A DNA stretch of 64,000 nt from Stegostoma tigrinum (taxonomy: Eukaryota): assembly GCF_030684315.1 (NCBI RefSeq), contig NC_081354.1:36967789-37031788 (forward strand), in the 5' to 3' direction. The translations under genes and the position numbers were made by a program. The notes under the pieces were generated by a model. It searched no databases, was not told where the DNA came from, and saw nothing but the letters and a program-made list of their open reading frames with translations. This document shows positions 1-13,535 of this stretch, piece by piece; position 1 is the stretch's first letter, and the number at the start of each line of letters is the position of its first letter.

Positions 1-700
1 GAACAGAGAGATTTGGGTGTTCAGGTCCATTGTTCCCTGAAGGTCAATAGGGTGGTCAAGAAGGCATATGGCATGCTTTCCTTCATTGGATGGGGTATTG
101 AGTACAAGAGTTGGCGAGTCATGTTGCAGTTGTATAGGACTTTGGTTTGGCCACATTTGGAGTACTGTGTGCAGTTCTGGTCACCACATTACCAAAAAGA
201 TGTGGATGCTTTGGAGAGGTTGCAGAGGAGGTTCACCAGGATGTTGCCTGGTATGGAGGGTGCTAGCTATGAAGAGAGGTTGAATAGATTAGGATTGTTT
301 TCATTAGAAAGACGGAGATTGAGGGGGGACCTGATTGAGGTCTACAAAATCATGAAGGGTATAGACAGGGTGAATAGCAAAAAGCTTTTCCCAGAGTGAG
401 GGACTCAATTACGAGGGGTCATGAGTTCAAAGTGAGAGGAGGAAAGTTTAAGGGAGATATGCGTGGAAAGTTCTTTACATAGAGGATGGTGGGTGCCTGG
501 AACGTGTTGCCAGCGGAGGTGGTAGACGCAGACATGGTAGTGTCTTTTAAGATATATTTGGACAGGTATGTGGATGGGCAGCAAGCAAATGGACACAGAC
601 CGTTAGAAAATAGATGACAGGTTAGACAGAGGATCTTGATTGGCGCAGGCTTGGAGGGCCGAAGAGCCTGTTCCTGTGCTGTAATTTTCTTTGTTCTTTG
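1..700 (+). mobile_element. CR1-clade LINE (HER1-like) 3' end
   Basis: ORF 13..399 has LYRTLVWPHLEYCVQFWSPH...LERLQRRFTRMLPGM...RRRLRGDLIEVYKIM. The typical 3' UTR ends in ttctttg repeats. Confidence 0.93.
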
Positions 701-1263
701 AACAAGGCTGTTGGGACCAACTGTGTCTTGTGTGCTGGTTGGGGGAAGGGTGTTTACAGGAACCGCAAAACTCTTGTTTATAGAGTGGGAAAATATCCAA
801 ATACTCTGCTCAGGAATGAAATCAAACAACAATGACAACAGAACGTGTTGAATGAATGACAGAGATGGTTGGAGGGATGATTTAAACTTTGGCCAGAGTT
901 TAGTTTTTAGAAAACACTTTAAAAGGGAGAGAGGCTGAAGAAAGAAACATGGTTTTGAGGAAATTCCAGACTTTTAGGGTTTTGCAGGACTGCCAATGGG
1001 ATAAAGAAAGTCAGAGAAGCATGGGGTCAAAGTTCAAATTGCCCCCTAACCTTCCAGATTTCAGGGAGAATTATCCTGATTTGTCTAACCTCACCACTTA
1101 CCTTAACTCTTGAAGGAAGGGTCAAAAGAATGTTTTTACTCGGATTCTTGAAATTTTCCAGAACTACTATTTCATTTTGAGTAACTCATTCATTAAATGA
1201 TGTGGTTTTCTATTTGTCTATGTTTTTGTTATTCTAATCTCACAATTTAACTCAAAACATTTT

Positions 1264-1420
1264 ACTTACAGATGCTAATTAAATTATTATAATTAATTCT
1301 CTCATTCTCTAAATCCAAATTGAAAATTCTAACTGCTGAGCATAAAGCAAATTTACCAGGATTGAGTCTCACATTTTCAGCCCCTTTTTTATATAAAAAA
1401 AACTGTGAGCAAATAACACT
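1264..1420 (-). promoter_or_regulatory. Possible TATA promoter + short non-coding first exon of an unidentified downstream gene
   Basis: Minus strand: TATTTGC (FOX-type) about 1410-1416, TATATAAAAAA 1395-1385, then a GTAAGT donor at 1269-1264. No coding exon was found, and chance in AT-rich DNA is not excluded. Confidence 0.25.
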
Positions 1421-1839
1421 CCTGCAGTCTTTTGGTGTTGCTCTGCCTATTTCACGTTTTTTTTCCTTTTGAATATTTCTGTTTAAAATGAATGTTGACA
1501 AACACACCAGGATACTGACTTGCAAAGCTCTAACTGTGCAACAAGCCCTAGGGAATCTAAATCTAAAGGGAATACACAAATTCACTTTGCAGCATCAAAC
1601 TAAGAATCCAAGAAGAATTGGTTTAAGTCAAATATGTCATTTTTCAGAGACTTTATTTTCAAGCTAATGCATCTCGACTCTAATGAGATGTAGATTGGAG
1701 TTCATTAGCACAGAAGCATTCTCATTACGTTAAAGGCACACTCCACTTCGTAGAGGTGGTGATTCACTCTTGCTGCTGATGTGGGCAAGGGCACAGGCTT
1801 CTGGGAGGATGAGTGAACTGACCACAGCACTGGTCTAAT

Positions 1840-3030
1840 GAGCTATTGAAGTGAAGGGAGGAAAGAGGAAATATATTTGGGGGATAGCATAGGAGAATAG
1901 ATATTGTTCTTATCAAAAGTTGCCCTTTAACCTTCCAAATTCCATGGAATTGAGAGATCTAGTGAAGAGATGAATAATCAAGATGTGATAGGGAAAAGTA
2001 GAAAAAATATGCAGAAGAATTCGGCAGAAATTAGAACCAGAAGAAGTGATAAAGTTAAAATGTCAAAGCTTAGCGCTCTTTATGTGAATGCATGTAAGAT
2101 TTGTAATAAGATGTTTGAGTTGACAGCAGAAATGGAAGTAAATGATTATAACTTGATAGCTATGACAGAGATGTGGTTGCAGGGTGACCAAGACTGAGCA
2201 CTTGATATTCAGATCTATTCAACTTTCTGGAAAAATAGACAAAAAGGAAAGGGGGGAGCTTTGTTAATAAAAGTATCAGTGCCGTGATGATTAGTGAAGC
2301 TTCACTAGATTATGATGTAGAATCAGTTTGGGTGGAAATAAGAAATGGATTGGGAAGGAAATCACCACTGCAAGTTACCCATGGCTCTGAAAAGTTGCCT
2401 CACTGTAGTGTGAAGTATAAACCAGGAAATGATAGAGTTGTGTGTGTGAAGGGCACTATAGTTGTCATGGGTAATTTTAATCTTCTGATTAGTCAGACGG
2501 AAGACCAGTTTGTAGAGTGCATCAAGGATTGTGTTTTAGAGCAGTAAGGTGCAGAACTACCCAAGAATAAAATAAAAACAAAAATTGCTGGAAAAGGTCA
2601 ACAAATCTAGCAGCAAGTCTGAACAGAATTGAGTTGACTGATTTATTGTCTCTGATATTTAATAAATACTGTGAAAAATGTAACATAGCACCACACTGTG
2701 GCACCAATTCAAAGTACAGAATATATGGAGGTATAGCTAAAACATCATTAAAAACAGAGTTCTTCCTCATTCAGGAATGAGGTAGGATTAATAAATAGTT
2801 TCATAGTTAAGGATCCTGTAGGGTATAACAATTACAACATAACAGAATTTCACATTCCCTCTGAGGGATAGCTACTAGAATCTGAAACCAGTGTCCAAAG
2901 CTTAAGTAAGGGCAATTATAGAGATATGAAGAAAGAGTTGTCAAAATGTGCTGGAAAAATACTCGATAAAATCGGTGTATGAGTAATGGCAGACATTAAA
3001 TCAGATATTTCATAACGTTCAGCAAAAAGT
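1840..3030 (+). mobile_element. Degenerate CR1 LINE, ORF1 end + APE endonuclease region
   Basis: LYVNACKICNK...DYNLIAMTEMWLQGDQD; ESVWVEIRN; VVMGNFN. Confidence 0.8.
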
Positions 3031-3189
3031 TTTTATGGTCAAAAAAGGACGTAGTGAGTACCATACCTTCTGTAAAGGGCATTGCAAGTCTGTGCACAGA
3101 TACAGAAACAGATAGCCAAATGAAGCCATCCACCTCTAACTGCACTTTGATTTAACAGAAAGTAACTGAGTACAATAACAAATGTTATG

Positions 3190-3790
3190 TTCAGGTCATG
3201 GGTACAAAATGTATTCACTTTGGGTGGGTAAGCAGTGAGCATGATGCAGAAATGCTTCAGTGTGATTTGGACAAACTTAGTGAGTGGGCAAATGCATGGC
3301 AGATGAAGTATGATGTGAATAACATAAGAATGTAGAAAATAGGAACAAGAGTAGGCGAAATGACCGAGTGAGCCTGCGTTACCATTCAAAACTATCATGG
3401 CCGATCTTTTTGTGGACTCTGCTCCACTTACCCACCCATTCACCATAAACATTAATACCTTTACTGCTCAAAAATCTATCTTTGCCTTAAAAACATTCAA
3501 CAAGATAGCCTCAACTGTTTTACTGGGAAGGAAATTCCACAGGATCACAACCCTTGGGTGAAGAAGTTCCTCGTCAATTCAATCCTAAATCTGCTCTGCC
3601 TTATTTTGAGGCTATGCCCACTTGTCCTGGTGTCATCCGTCATTGGAAACTGTGAGGTTATCCACTTTGGTAGCATAGACAAGTACACATTATTATCTGA
3701 ATGGCGATAAATTTGGGAAATGGGGAGGTACATCGAATGACAGAGCAGACTGGTTGGCCTGAAAGGACCATTACTGCTTCCACAACTTAT
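3190..3790. mobile_element. Nested CR1 3' fragments in both orientations
   Basis: gagtgggcaaatgcatggcagatg...gaggttatccactttgg (plus) interrupted by a minus-strand CR1 3' tail (TRTSGHSLKIR...RNFFTQ). Confidence 0.7.
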
Positions 3791-4792
3791 GGCTTTACTC
3801 CCTAGGTTTCACACTGCAGAGAAGGTCTCAGGTGTGCTGAAAGTTTGGGCCAACGAATCTGTTGTTTTTGTGTTTGAATGCTTTTTTAAAAAGTTGAATT
3901 TTGAATTTAGCTCAGATAGTGTTGACAACAACATTGTTTTACATACATTAAACATGTTGCTTCTTCTGCAATTATAGGATATTACCTGCAGATTAATTTA
4001 GCAGACAACCATTATATGAAGTTAACATTTAATTACTTGCCTACTGTAAATGAGCAGAAAATACTTTATGTAATTGTTAACCATCGCATTTGATGAAGGA
4101 GTGCTGTTTGTTATGCTGACTGTATGTTAGACATATTTTAGCACTGGATTTCCAAGGAGACAATCAAAATATGTGACTCTGATTATGTCTTTGCGGAGAA
4201 TCCAATCAGAGGTGTGCACATGACTTCCATATCGAGGGCCACTAACCCCACTTCGCCAGAATAATGTGAACAGTGATTCACTGTTAGACAATATTGTTAG
4301 GCCAGATTTTGGTGTCTAATTATTGGTGATGCGAACAAAATTCACTATTATTTGTGTGAAAATTGATCAATGACTTTCTTGCATGCAAAAATCATAGATC
4401 AGCCACCTCCTCCTTCAAGGTCTGTGTGATAATGGTCACTCAATGAATAATCCTGTATTTCTAGAATTCTTAGAGCAGCATCCAGTTATTTGACATATTT
4501 GTACAAAACTTACTGAAAAATGGTAAGGCTTGTCTGTTACAGTGTTTGGTGCAGAATGCATCATAAAGAGGCTGCAAACGATGTCAGAGAGAAAAGGAGG
4601 TTATAGAGACATACAGTCATCAAGCATGGAAATGGACCCTTCCGTCCACCAGTTCATGCTGACCATAATCCCAAACTAAACTAGTCCCACCTGCCTGCGC
4701 TTTGCCCATATCTTCCCGAACCTTTTTTATTCGTGTACTTGTCCAAATATCTTTAAATGTTACCCGCATCTAGCACTTCGACTAGAATAATA

Positions 4793-5515
4793 AGATAATA
4801 AAATGTGAGGCTGGATGAACACAGCAGGCCAAGCAGCATCTCAGGAGCACAAAAGCTGACGTTTCGGGCCTAGACCCTTCATCAGAGATGGGGATGGGGA
4901 GAGGGAACTGGAATAAATAGGGAGAGAGGGGGAGGCGGACCGAAGATGGAGAGTAAAGAAGATAGGTGGAGAGAGTGTAGGTGGGGAGGTAGGGAGGGGA
5001 TAGGTCAGTCCAGGGAAGACGGACAGGTCAAGGAGGTGGGATGAGGTTAGTAGGTAGCTGGGGGTGCGGCTTGGGGTGGGAGGAAGGGATGGGTGAGAGG
5101 AAGAACCGGTTAGGGAGGCAGAGACAGGTTGGACTGGTTTTGGGATGCAGTGGGTGGAGGGGAAGAGCTGGGCTGGTTGTGTGGTGCAGTGGGGGAAGGG
5201 GACGAACTGGGCTGGTTTAGGGATGCAGTAGGGGAAGGGGAGATTTTGAAACTGGTGAAGTCCACATTGATACCATATGGCTGCAGGGTTCCCAGGCGGA
5301 ATATGAGTTGCTGTTTCTGCAACCTTCGGGTGGCATCATTGTGGCAGTGCAGGAGGCCCATGATGGACATGTCATCTAGAGAATGGGAGGGGGAGTGGAA
5401 ATGGTTTGCGACTGGGAGGTGCAGTTGTTTGTTGCGAACTGAGCGGAGGTGTTCTGCAAAGCTTTCCCCAAGCCTCCTCTTGGTTTCCCCAATGTAGAGG
5501 AAGCCGCACCGGGTA
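4793..5515 (-). mobile_element. Penelope-like element (Neptune-type) 3' part: GIY-YIG endonuclease + pLTR with hammerhead-like motif
   Basis: RCGFLYIGETKRRLGESFAEHLRSV...ANHF...QQLIFRLGTLQPYGINVDF. CTGATGA...GAAACGTC at 4885-4858. Confidence 0.92.
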
Positions 5516-5939
5516 GAAGTTCGTTTCACACATAAACCATACTCTGTGTAAAAAAAAGTTGCCCCCCCAAATGCTTTTTAAATCTTTCTCCGCTCACCTT
5601 AAAAATATGCCCCCAGTCTTGAACTCACCCACCCCAGAGAAAAGACACCTGTCATTCACCTTATCTATACCCTCATGATTTTAAAACCTCTATGAGGTCA
5701 CCCCTTAATCTCCTACACTCCAGTGGAAAAAGTCCCAGCCTATCCAGCCTCTCCTTATAATTCATATCTTGCATTCCCAGCAACATCATAATAAATCTTT
5801 TCTGAACCCTCTCCAGCTTGATAATAACCTTCCTATAACAGAGCGACCAGAACTGCACACTATACTGCAGAAGATGATTCACCAACACCCCATGCAACCT
5901 CAGCATGACTTCCCAACTCTTATACGCAAAGGTTTGAAC

Positions 5940-6200
5940 AAAGGGACCCAGGTTCGATTCCAGCTTCGGGTGACTGTTTGTGTGGCGTTTGCACATTCTC
6001 CCCGTGTCGGCGTAGGTTTCCTCGGTGCTCCGGTTTCCTTCCGCCGTCCAGAGATGTGCAGGTTTTGTGGATTGGCCATTCTAAATTGCCCGTAGTATTC
6101 AGGGAGGTGTTGATTAGATGGTTTGTAGGGGAATGGGCCTGGGTGGGATGCTGTGAGGTTTGGTGTGGACTTATTGGGCTGAAGGGCCTCTTCTATGAAA
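5940..6200 (+). mobile_element. HE1-type tRNA-derived SINE (5'-truncated)
   Basis: B-box ggttcgattcc, V-domain tgtgtggcgtttgcacattctccccgtgt...ggtgctccggtttcct. Confidence 0.85.
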
Positions 6201-6329
6201 AAAAATTCTATGAAGGCGAGCATGCTATATGCCTTTTTAACCACCCTATTTACATGTAATGTAAACTTCAAAGAACCATGTACCTGAATCCCTAGGTCTC
6301 TTTGTTCTACAGTGCTTTGTATTTTCCTC

Positions 6330-6780
6330 TAACACCTGCAGGAAGACCTCATCAACATTCACTTTTGGGCAGTGATATTCATGTCACCCAGGTGCCAGGC
6401 AGTGACCATCTTTGACAAGAGAGAATCTAAACATCTTTCTTTGACTTCCTTTGGTGTTACCATTACTCAGTCCCAAAACATCACCAATTCTGAGCTTACT
6501 GTCAAGTAAATTCTCACCTGGGCCAGCTATGCCAATACTTGGTGAATCTGGCAATCCTGCAGACAGTATCTCTCTTGCTGGTTTCCCAAAGCCTGTTTTG
6601 TCCACTTTCAATAATGTACCTATCAGGAGTGTGCTGAAATTCTCTCCACTTGCCAGGATGGATGTGACTCAAACAACACTCAAGAAATTTGCAACGTCTG
6701 ACGCATTGCTGAATGCTTCAATTGTAACTAATCCATCACTAATACACTGCGACAAAAATGTGTACTATCTATCACCGGAA
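6330..6780 (+). mobile_element. 3' RT fragment of the LINE family seen at 60085-63240
   Basis: gccaggcagtgaccatc...agagaatctaaacatc...ggtgttaccattact matches 62530-62610. Confidence 0.65.
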
Positions 6781-6799
6781 GTATTAGAAGTAGAATATT

Positions 6800-8215
6800 G
6801 TCAATGGCTGTGGCAAAATGGCAGACATGTTGAATAATTATTTTTGCTCTCAACATAGAGTAGAAAAGAAGGATAGCTTACAAGAAGTCCCGAGGAGATT
6901 AATAGTGAATAAGGAACAGGAACTGAATAAAAGTAAAACATCAGTAATATAGAAATGAATGGAAACAAAGAGTGAGAGATCTCTGGGAGATGATGGTTTC
7001 CATCTGAGGGTGTTTAGAGAAGCGCAAAAGTTTCCTATACAGGAACCATCTCTCTGCATTGGAAAATTGCACGTCTCTCCACTTTTTAGGAAGGGCAAAA
7101 GAGAAAAGCTAAGGGATTGCAGACCAGTTAGCCTAACATCTGTAGCTAGGAAATTGTTGTAGTCTATAAAAAAGGATGGGGTAACTGAATGCCTTGAAAA
7201 TTTTCAGTTAATCAGGGGAGCCAACATGGATTCATGATTGGTAGGTCATGCCTGACAAACCTCTTTGAATTATTTGAAGAGGTTACTAAGGTAGTTGACA
7301 GGGGAATGTTGATAGCTGTTTATATGGACTTCCAGAAGGCATTTGATGAAGGTCAACATAAGACATCTTAACTAAGATAGAAGCCGATGGAATGGAGGGC
7401 AAATGATTGATCCATTTTGGAAATTGATTGAGTGGCAGGCAGCTGAAAATAGGATAATGGGAGATACTCAAATTGACAGGATGAGACTAGTGGTGTCTCA
7501 CAAGGATATGTGCTAGGCCCTCAATCATTCACATTATTTATTAATCACTATTAATGACATGACATAAAACATCATAAACCCACATTTTCCGATGACACAA
7601 AGTTAGGCAGCATTGTAGACAGTGTTGATGGTAGCATAAAATTACAAAACGAGATTAATATATTAGATGAATGGGCAAAACTAGTAGATGAAATTCAACA
7701 TAAGCAAGTGTGAGGTTATCCATTTTGTTGCATAGAACTTTAAAATGTCATTGACAGGTACAGAAATAATCAATAAAGCTAATAGAATGCTAGCCTTTAT
7801 ATCTTGAGGACTGAAGTGCAAGGATACAGAAGTTATAATACAATTATACAAAACCTTGGTTGGACTCCACTTGGAGTACCATGAGTAGATCTGGACACCA
7901 GATGTAAATTTATCCACTTTGGCAGGAAGAAAAGAAAAACGACATGTTACTTAAATGGAGAGAAATTGCAGAACTCAATTATACAGAGGGATCTGAAATA
8001 CTGGGAAGTGAATCATAAAAAGTTAGTTTGCAGATACAACAAGCGATTAAGAAGGCAAACAGAATGTTAGCACTTATTGCAAGGAAAACAGAATATAAAA
8101 GTAGGGCTGCTATGGTACAATTGTAGAAGGCCTTGATGAGATCACATGAGGAGTACCATGGGCAAGTTTACTTTCTTTACGTGAGAAAAGAATAAATTAC
8201 ATTATTAACAGTTCA
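6800..8215 (+). mobile_element. Degenerate CR1 RT region
   Basis: PLFRKGKREKLRDCRPVSLTSVARKLL; tatatggacttccagaaggcatttgat; gatgacacaaag (DDTK). Confidence 0.85.
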
Positions 8216-8217
8216 TG

Positions 8218-8430
8218 AGATAGTAGGAACTGCAGATGCTGGAAATTTTAAATAACAAGGCGTTGAGCTGGATGAACACAGCAGGCCAAGCAGCACCAGA
8301 GGAGCAGGAAGGCTGACGTTTCAGGCATAGACCCTTCAGAAGAAAGGTCTAAGCCCGAAACGTCAGCCTCCCTGCTCCTCTGATGCTGCTTAGCCTGTTG
8401 TGTTCATCCAGCTCTACATCTTGTTATCAC
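8218..8430. mobile_element. Fold-back (palindromic) Penelope pLTR insertion
   Basis: Inverted arms ataacaag...ctgacgtttc / gaaacgtcag...cttgttat around about 8340. Confidence 0.85.
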
Positions 8431-8829
8431 TGAATTTACATGGTCAGCAAAATAAATAAACTGCTTGTATCCAGAATTGCCAATTGATTTTGTTTCAGAT
8501 TACTGACAATTTGGACATTAAAAATTATCATTAAATGCCAATGTTTGACTAAAATGTACAATAAATTTTATGCCAAATTGTGATTGCAATAAAGATATTG
8601 TTGTTGATAACATCAAATGATCTATTAATGATCCATACTGAACAGGCATTGGAATAAGTTTTGTTAGACGCTTGTATCTGAAATGTTTACTTAGATTGAT
8701 CACATTGCAGTACTTTTTAAAATAATATAATGGATAATTTAACATTGTCTTCATTACTGTGGAACTGGATCAAAATGCCCTTACTGCTTACCTATAATTT
8801 AACAACTGAAGCAGGAATGTTTATATACA

Positions 8830-10800
8830 ACAACAGCAAAATCAAACTCAACATTTATAAAACACATTTAAGGTAATGGATTTCACAGAATATCTTAAAA
8901 GAAGAAGCAAAGTGGAAAGGTGTAATGAGATGTTCCAGAGCTTAGGGCCTAGGCAACTGTAAATTTACAATGGGGAAGTGATTAAAATTGGGGCTGCTCA
9001 TGGGACCAGATTTAATTAGCAGAGATATTTGTGTGAAGAGGGTTGTGGGGCTGGTGGAGATTACACAGACAGGGAGTGATTAGTTTAAAAGAAGGCATTG
9101 TTTGCTCAATGTAGGTGAATAAACACAGAGATAGGTGAAAGAAACTCTGTGTGTTAGGACATGAATAACAGAGTCTTAGATGACCTCATATTTACTTCAA
9201 GAATGTGGGAGTTCAGCCTACAATATGTTGGGTAGTTAATCCTAGAGGTGCAGAAAATTAGAAAAAGGAATTTAACAGCAGGTGAGATGAAGCTTGGTGA
9301 ATTCAGGCACTATTAAGGGAGCAGATATAAACAGTCTTAGCAATAATGTGAGTGTGCAGTCAGCAAAATTATGAACAGTATGGTTTAGTCTCAAAGCGTT
9401 GCCTGGAGAAAGGATGGTTTCAGTAGCTTGGGATTCAGTGCCTGAAACAAATGTTTTTATTTTCAGAAATTTAATTGGAACAAATTTCTGTTCATTCAGG
9501 AATGCTCGTTTGAGAAGCAATCTGATAATTCAGCAGAAATGGAAGGGTGGATTGATGTGGTAAGTTAGAACTGATGGCTAGCAACATGCATATGTAAACT
9601 AAAACTATTTTTCAGATGTTGCTGATGGTCAGAATGTGGATGGGAAACAGGAGAGTGACAAGGATAAATCCTTATAGAATGCCTGAGCTAGTAAAAGGTA
9701 GCAGTAAGAGAGATCATTGGAAGTGATATTGTCATGTATGATTAGGTTAAAAAGGTTATTCCTGTTGGTCTAATCTTCCTCTCAGCTGGGGTTTTCATAA
9801 TCATGACAAGATAGAAACAAGCAATTGGTAAACATAAAACAAAACTTTCTACAAAACTTGATAAACTTGTTTCTATTTAAATTCCATCTTAAGTATTAGT
9901 GAATAATAGATTTAAATATCTGGGTAATTAATCTATATTGGTTAAATCTTAGAGGAAAACATAATAATGCACAACTTCCCCTCCATCATGTTAGCAAATA
10001 TTGTTTATGTTTCTCTTATTTTCAGGTTTTATTGCTCTGTGCTTTAAATCTATCACTTTCACTCTCTTCTAATAAAAGCAACTCTTGACACCATTATTAT
10101 TATTGCAAAGTACTGCCCATCTCCATAATCCTATTCCTCACCAAAGTCCGTCAGTTCAATGGCGCCATGGTGTCACTCTGTCATTAGTAATAACTGGTGG
10201 TGGTTTAATCCACGGGTCACCATACTTCAGACAAGCATGAGAGATTAAATTTCAAGGTACCCATAGCCAGTGCAAGAACTGAGCCCACACAGTTAGCATC
10301 ATTTTGCATGACAAACCAGCTGTCCAGCCAACTGAGTTAACTGACACATAATTAGATCCATAAGAATGGAATCGTGCGATTGTAATCCAACCCAGTTGGA
10401 CAACAGTGAAGAGGCATTGGTGGAGGATGATGTGGTCAAAAATGTCAAAGTTTCAGACAGGCTAGGAAGGTAGTTGGATAGTTTACTTTTACCCCAATTA
10501 CATCGGATATTGTCTTGAGTTTGATGACAATTGTTGCTATCAAGGATTGAAATCTGATTAGAGAAATTCAAATTTGGAGTTCTGGAAAAAAGGAACTGAT
10601 TTGGAAGATACCAATAAATTGAAAGACTTTGGAGCGGAGTGGAACTATGGAGATGGTACTAATTTGCAATGATAATGATGGTGGTCAAGAGTTATGTTTT
10701 TAATACAAAGGTAAAAATGGCAGATTTAAAAGCGAAAGCAACAAAGCTGAAAAAAAGAGGAACATTAACAATATTTGCTAAAATGATGGAGGGGAAGTTG
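8830..10800 (-). mobile_element. Old L2 LINE fragment, interrupted at about 9790-10365
   Basis: L2-type segments: gagatgttccagagcttagggcctaggcaactg; gtggtcaaaaatgtcaaagtttcagacagg (antisense of the LDLSAAFDTVDH motif). Confidence 0.7.
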
Positions 10801-11015
10801 TGCATTACTATACTTTACTGCAAGTCTTAACCAGTATAAAGTAATTACTTAGATATTTAAATACATTATTCGCTAATGTTTAAACTGGAATTAAAATAGG
10901 GACAAGTTTACTTTTTGTAGGAAGTTTTGTTTTTATGTTTGCCAATTGCTTGTTTCCATCTAGTGGTGATTATAAATATCCCAGCTGAGAGAAAAATTAG
11001 ATAACAGAGATGATC
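9755..11015. repeat. Inverted duplication of about 400 bp (9755-10160 vs 10615-11015)
   Basis: Collinear reverse-complement match, e.g. taatgcacaacttcccctccatcat / atgatggaggggaagttgtgcatta and gaaacaagcaattggtaaacataaaa / ttttatgtttgccaattgcttgtttc. Confidence 0.9.
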
Positions 11016-11796
11016 CCAAAAATATGCCTGGTTAAATTGGTAAAAAATTGAGAATTAATTAAACTAGAGTAAAGCAAATGGCTTTTTCTTGTCCTGTGAT
11101 ACTTTGAATGTTCAGACTTTTCATTTTTGAATGCCTAATTACTGCATAAGTGTTAAGGATTATTAGATGTCTTGACACATACACTCTCATAATTTAAATG
11201 ACATTTTGATGAAAGATACTTAGATGAAAGATTCTTATTTATCCTGAATTTAGAAGATAAGAACTTCCAAAGAGTGCAACTAAATTTTTTGCAAAATTTT
11301 TGGATAATTTATTGAACACCAGACCAGCAGAAACAAAATTTGGCTGAAAATGTTGTTCACTTTCAACCATTTATTGTAAATATTAATCTATGATGCTGTT
11401 AAAATACTCAGGCAGCCAGTCTAGACATGATAGGCTGAATGGCTGCCTTCTACACCATAATAATTCTGTGGTTCTGATACACCAGATGCTATTGTTTACC
11501 TATTTACTCATTCCCATGACTCTTTATTCCTGTGTTACCACTCTATGCCATTTAACCATTCCTGCAGTTGAGCACCACAAATCTTCTAATGGTTTCATGT
11601 GAACAGGCACGCAGGCACCCGGCATCATTTTGTTACTCCAAACATTTCCTTTTTTGGACATTTTCCTGACAGCTTTGCCAGCCTCAATTGGTTTGTGCAC
11701 TTTTACACACAAGCATGCATTCTCACAATTCTAAAAATAATTATCTTTCCTCAAAGGTGCCACCTTTAGTGCTTAACCAAGGAGCTACTTTCCCTC

Positions 11797-12020
11797 CTGG
11801 GGTTGGTTTAGCTCAGTTGCTTGTATGGTTGGTTTGTGAAGCAGTGAGATACCAATTGTGTAGGTTCAAATCTCATCACCAGTTGTGGTTACCTTAAAGA
11901 CTCCCTTTCTCAACCTTTCCCCTTGCATGAGGGATGGTGGCCCTAAGTTTAAATCACCTCTAGACTTCTCTGTCTGAGAAGAGAGCAGCCTCGTGGTCTG
12001 GTAAGACTATGGCAACACAA
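11797..12020 (+). mobile_element. tRNA-derived SINE (second family; antisense copy at about 10165-10345)
   Basis: A-box tagctcagttg, B-box ggttcaaatc. The 3' part taagtttaaatcacc...ctatggc matches the reverse complement near 10165-10230. Confidence 0.65.
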
Positions 12021-12129
12021 CATCGTTCCCTCTTCAAAAAGGGAGATGTATAAAACATTTCTCCAGCTCTCACTCCTCACAATGGAAGGGGACAGAATTC
12101 ACTACTTTTAAGATGAATTCAATGAAAAG

Positions 12130-13535
12130 AACAATTGTGCAAATGTGTTAAATGGACTGCAACAGTCATGAGAGATTTTAATCCACGCATAAATTGGAAA
12201 AATGAGAAAGTAGATAGCCTGAAAGAGGAATTCATGTGTTTTGAAGTTAACTTTCTAGAGTAATATGTTCTGGAAATAGCCAAAGAAGAGATACTATCAT
12301 GGTAGTGTGTAATGTAATGTGGTTAATTAACGACTTTGTAGTAAAAACACCCCTAAGTATTATATGATTGAGTTTCACTTTCAATTATAGGTGGACTATT
12401 TAAAAAATTCAGGGAAATTGAAAGACTCAGCATGGTTTTGTGAAAGGCAAATCATGTTTAACCAATTTCCTGTAGTTCTTTGTAGGTATAAAATGCATGA
12501 TAGTTAAATGGGAACTTGTAGATGTTCTGTACTTGGACTTCCAGAAGGCACTCAACAGAATGCTATATACAAGGTTATTGTGCAAAGTAGGAACACGTAG
12601 TTAGTGATAACATATAAACAGGGATTAAAAATTGACTGGCTGGCAGAAAAGAGACAATAGCATAATGTAGTCAGCATTCTGCAAGGACTGTTCATGGCCC
12701 ACCTATCTATCTATCTAATACTTTTGCATTCCTCCATGGCACCCTACCATGGAATTACAGAAGGTGGAACACTTACCCATTCACCTCCTTGTTCACTTTG
12801 ACAGGAAGAATGAAAAACCAGATTAATGCTCAAATGGATGATGACTAGAGAACGCCAAAGTGCATGAGTCACAAAATGTTAATATCAAGTACAGCAAGTG
12901 ATTCAGAAGGCTAATGGAATACTTTTCTGTATTAGAAGAGGAATTCAACATAAATGTAAGGTTGTTATGCTTCAGTTAACCAGGGCATCGGTGAGAACAC
13001 ATCTCAGGTATTGTGTACATTTGGTCTCATTATTTTGGGAAGGATGTAAATCTGTTGGAGACAGTTCAGAGATTTACAAGATTGATACTTGGAATGAACA
13101 AGCTTTCTTATGAAGGAAGACTGGGCTGGCCGGACTTGTTTTCACTGGAGGTTAGAAGGGGAGGGGATGACTTTATTGATGTGTTTAATATCCTAAATGG
13201 TTTGTCATGGTGGATATGGAAACAACGTTTTCTCTTCTGGGTGAGTCCTGAACTATGGGAGGACTCTTTCAGAATTAGAAGTACAGCGATAAGGATTTTA
13301 TATTTTTTCTCTTAGAGGATTGCATGCATTTGGAAATCCCTGCGTCAATAAATGCTAGAGGCTGGGGTTGGGGGAAGATGTGGTCGTTGAATATTTTTAA
13401 GATGGAGCTTGATATATTCTTGTGAGGAAATGGAATCAAAGTTTGTGGGAATGCAAAATTCAAAATACAAACACACCAGCTGTGATGGCAGAGCAGGATC
13501 GAGGGACCGAATGACCAGCTCCTATGTTCAGAGTA
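12130..13535 (+). mobile_element. Degenerate CR1 LINE (RT and 3' end)
   Basis: catggttttgtgaaaggcaaatcatgttta; VRTHLRYCV; LETVQRFTRLILGM; CR1 3' tail. Confidence 0.8.

Larger units (their letters stand above)
4600..6310 (-). mobile_element. HER1/CR1 3' fragment interrupted by a Penelope element and an HE1 SINE
   Basis: LERVQKRFIMMLLGM...RRLRGDLIEV (ORF 5673..5996) and VNRVVKKAYSMLAFI. The tail lies at about 4600-4780. Confidence 0.8.

Noticed and set aside
10010-10080. Plus-strand acceptor (ttctcttattttcag) followed by AATAAA, like a terminal exon
   Set aside because: It lies in the inverted-duplicated L2 segment, and no upstream exons were found.
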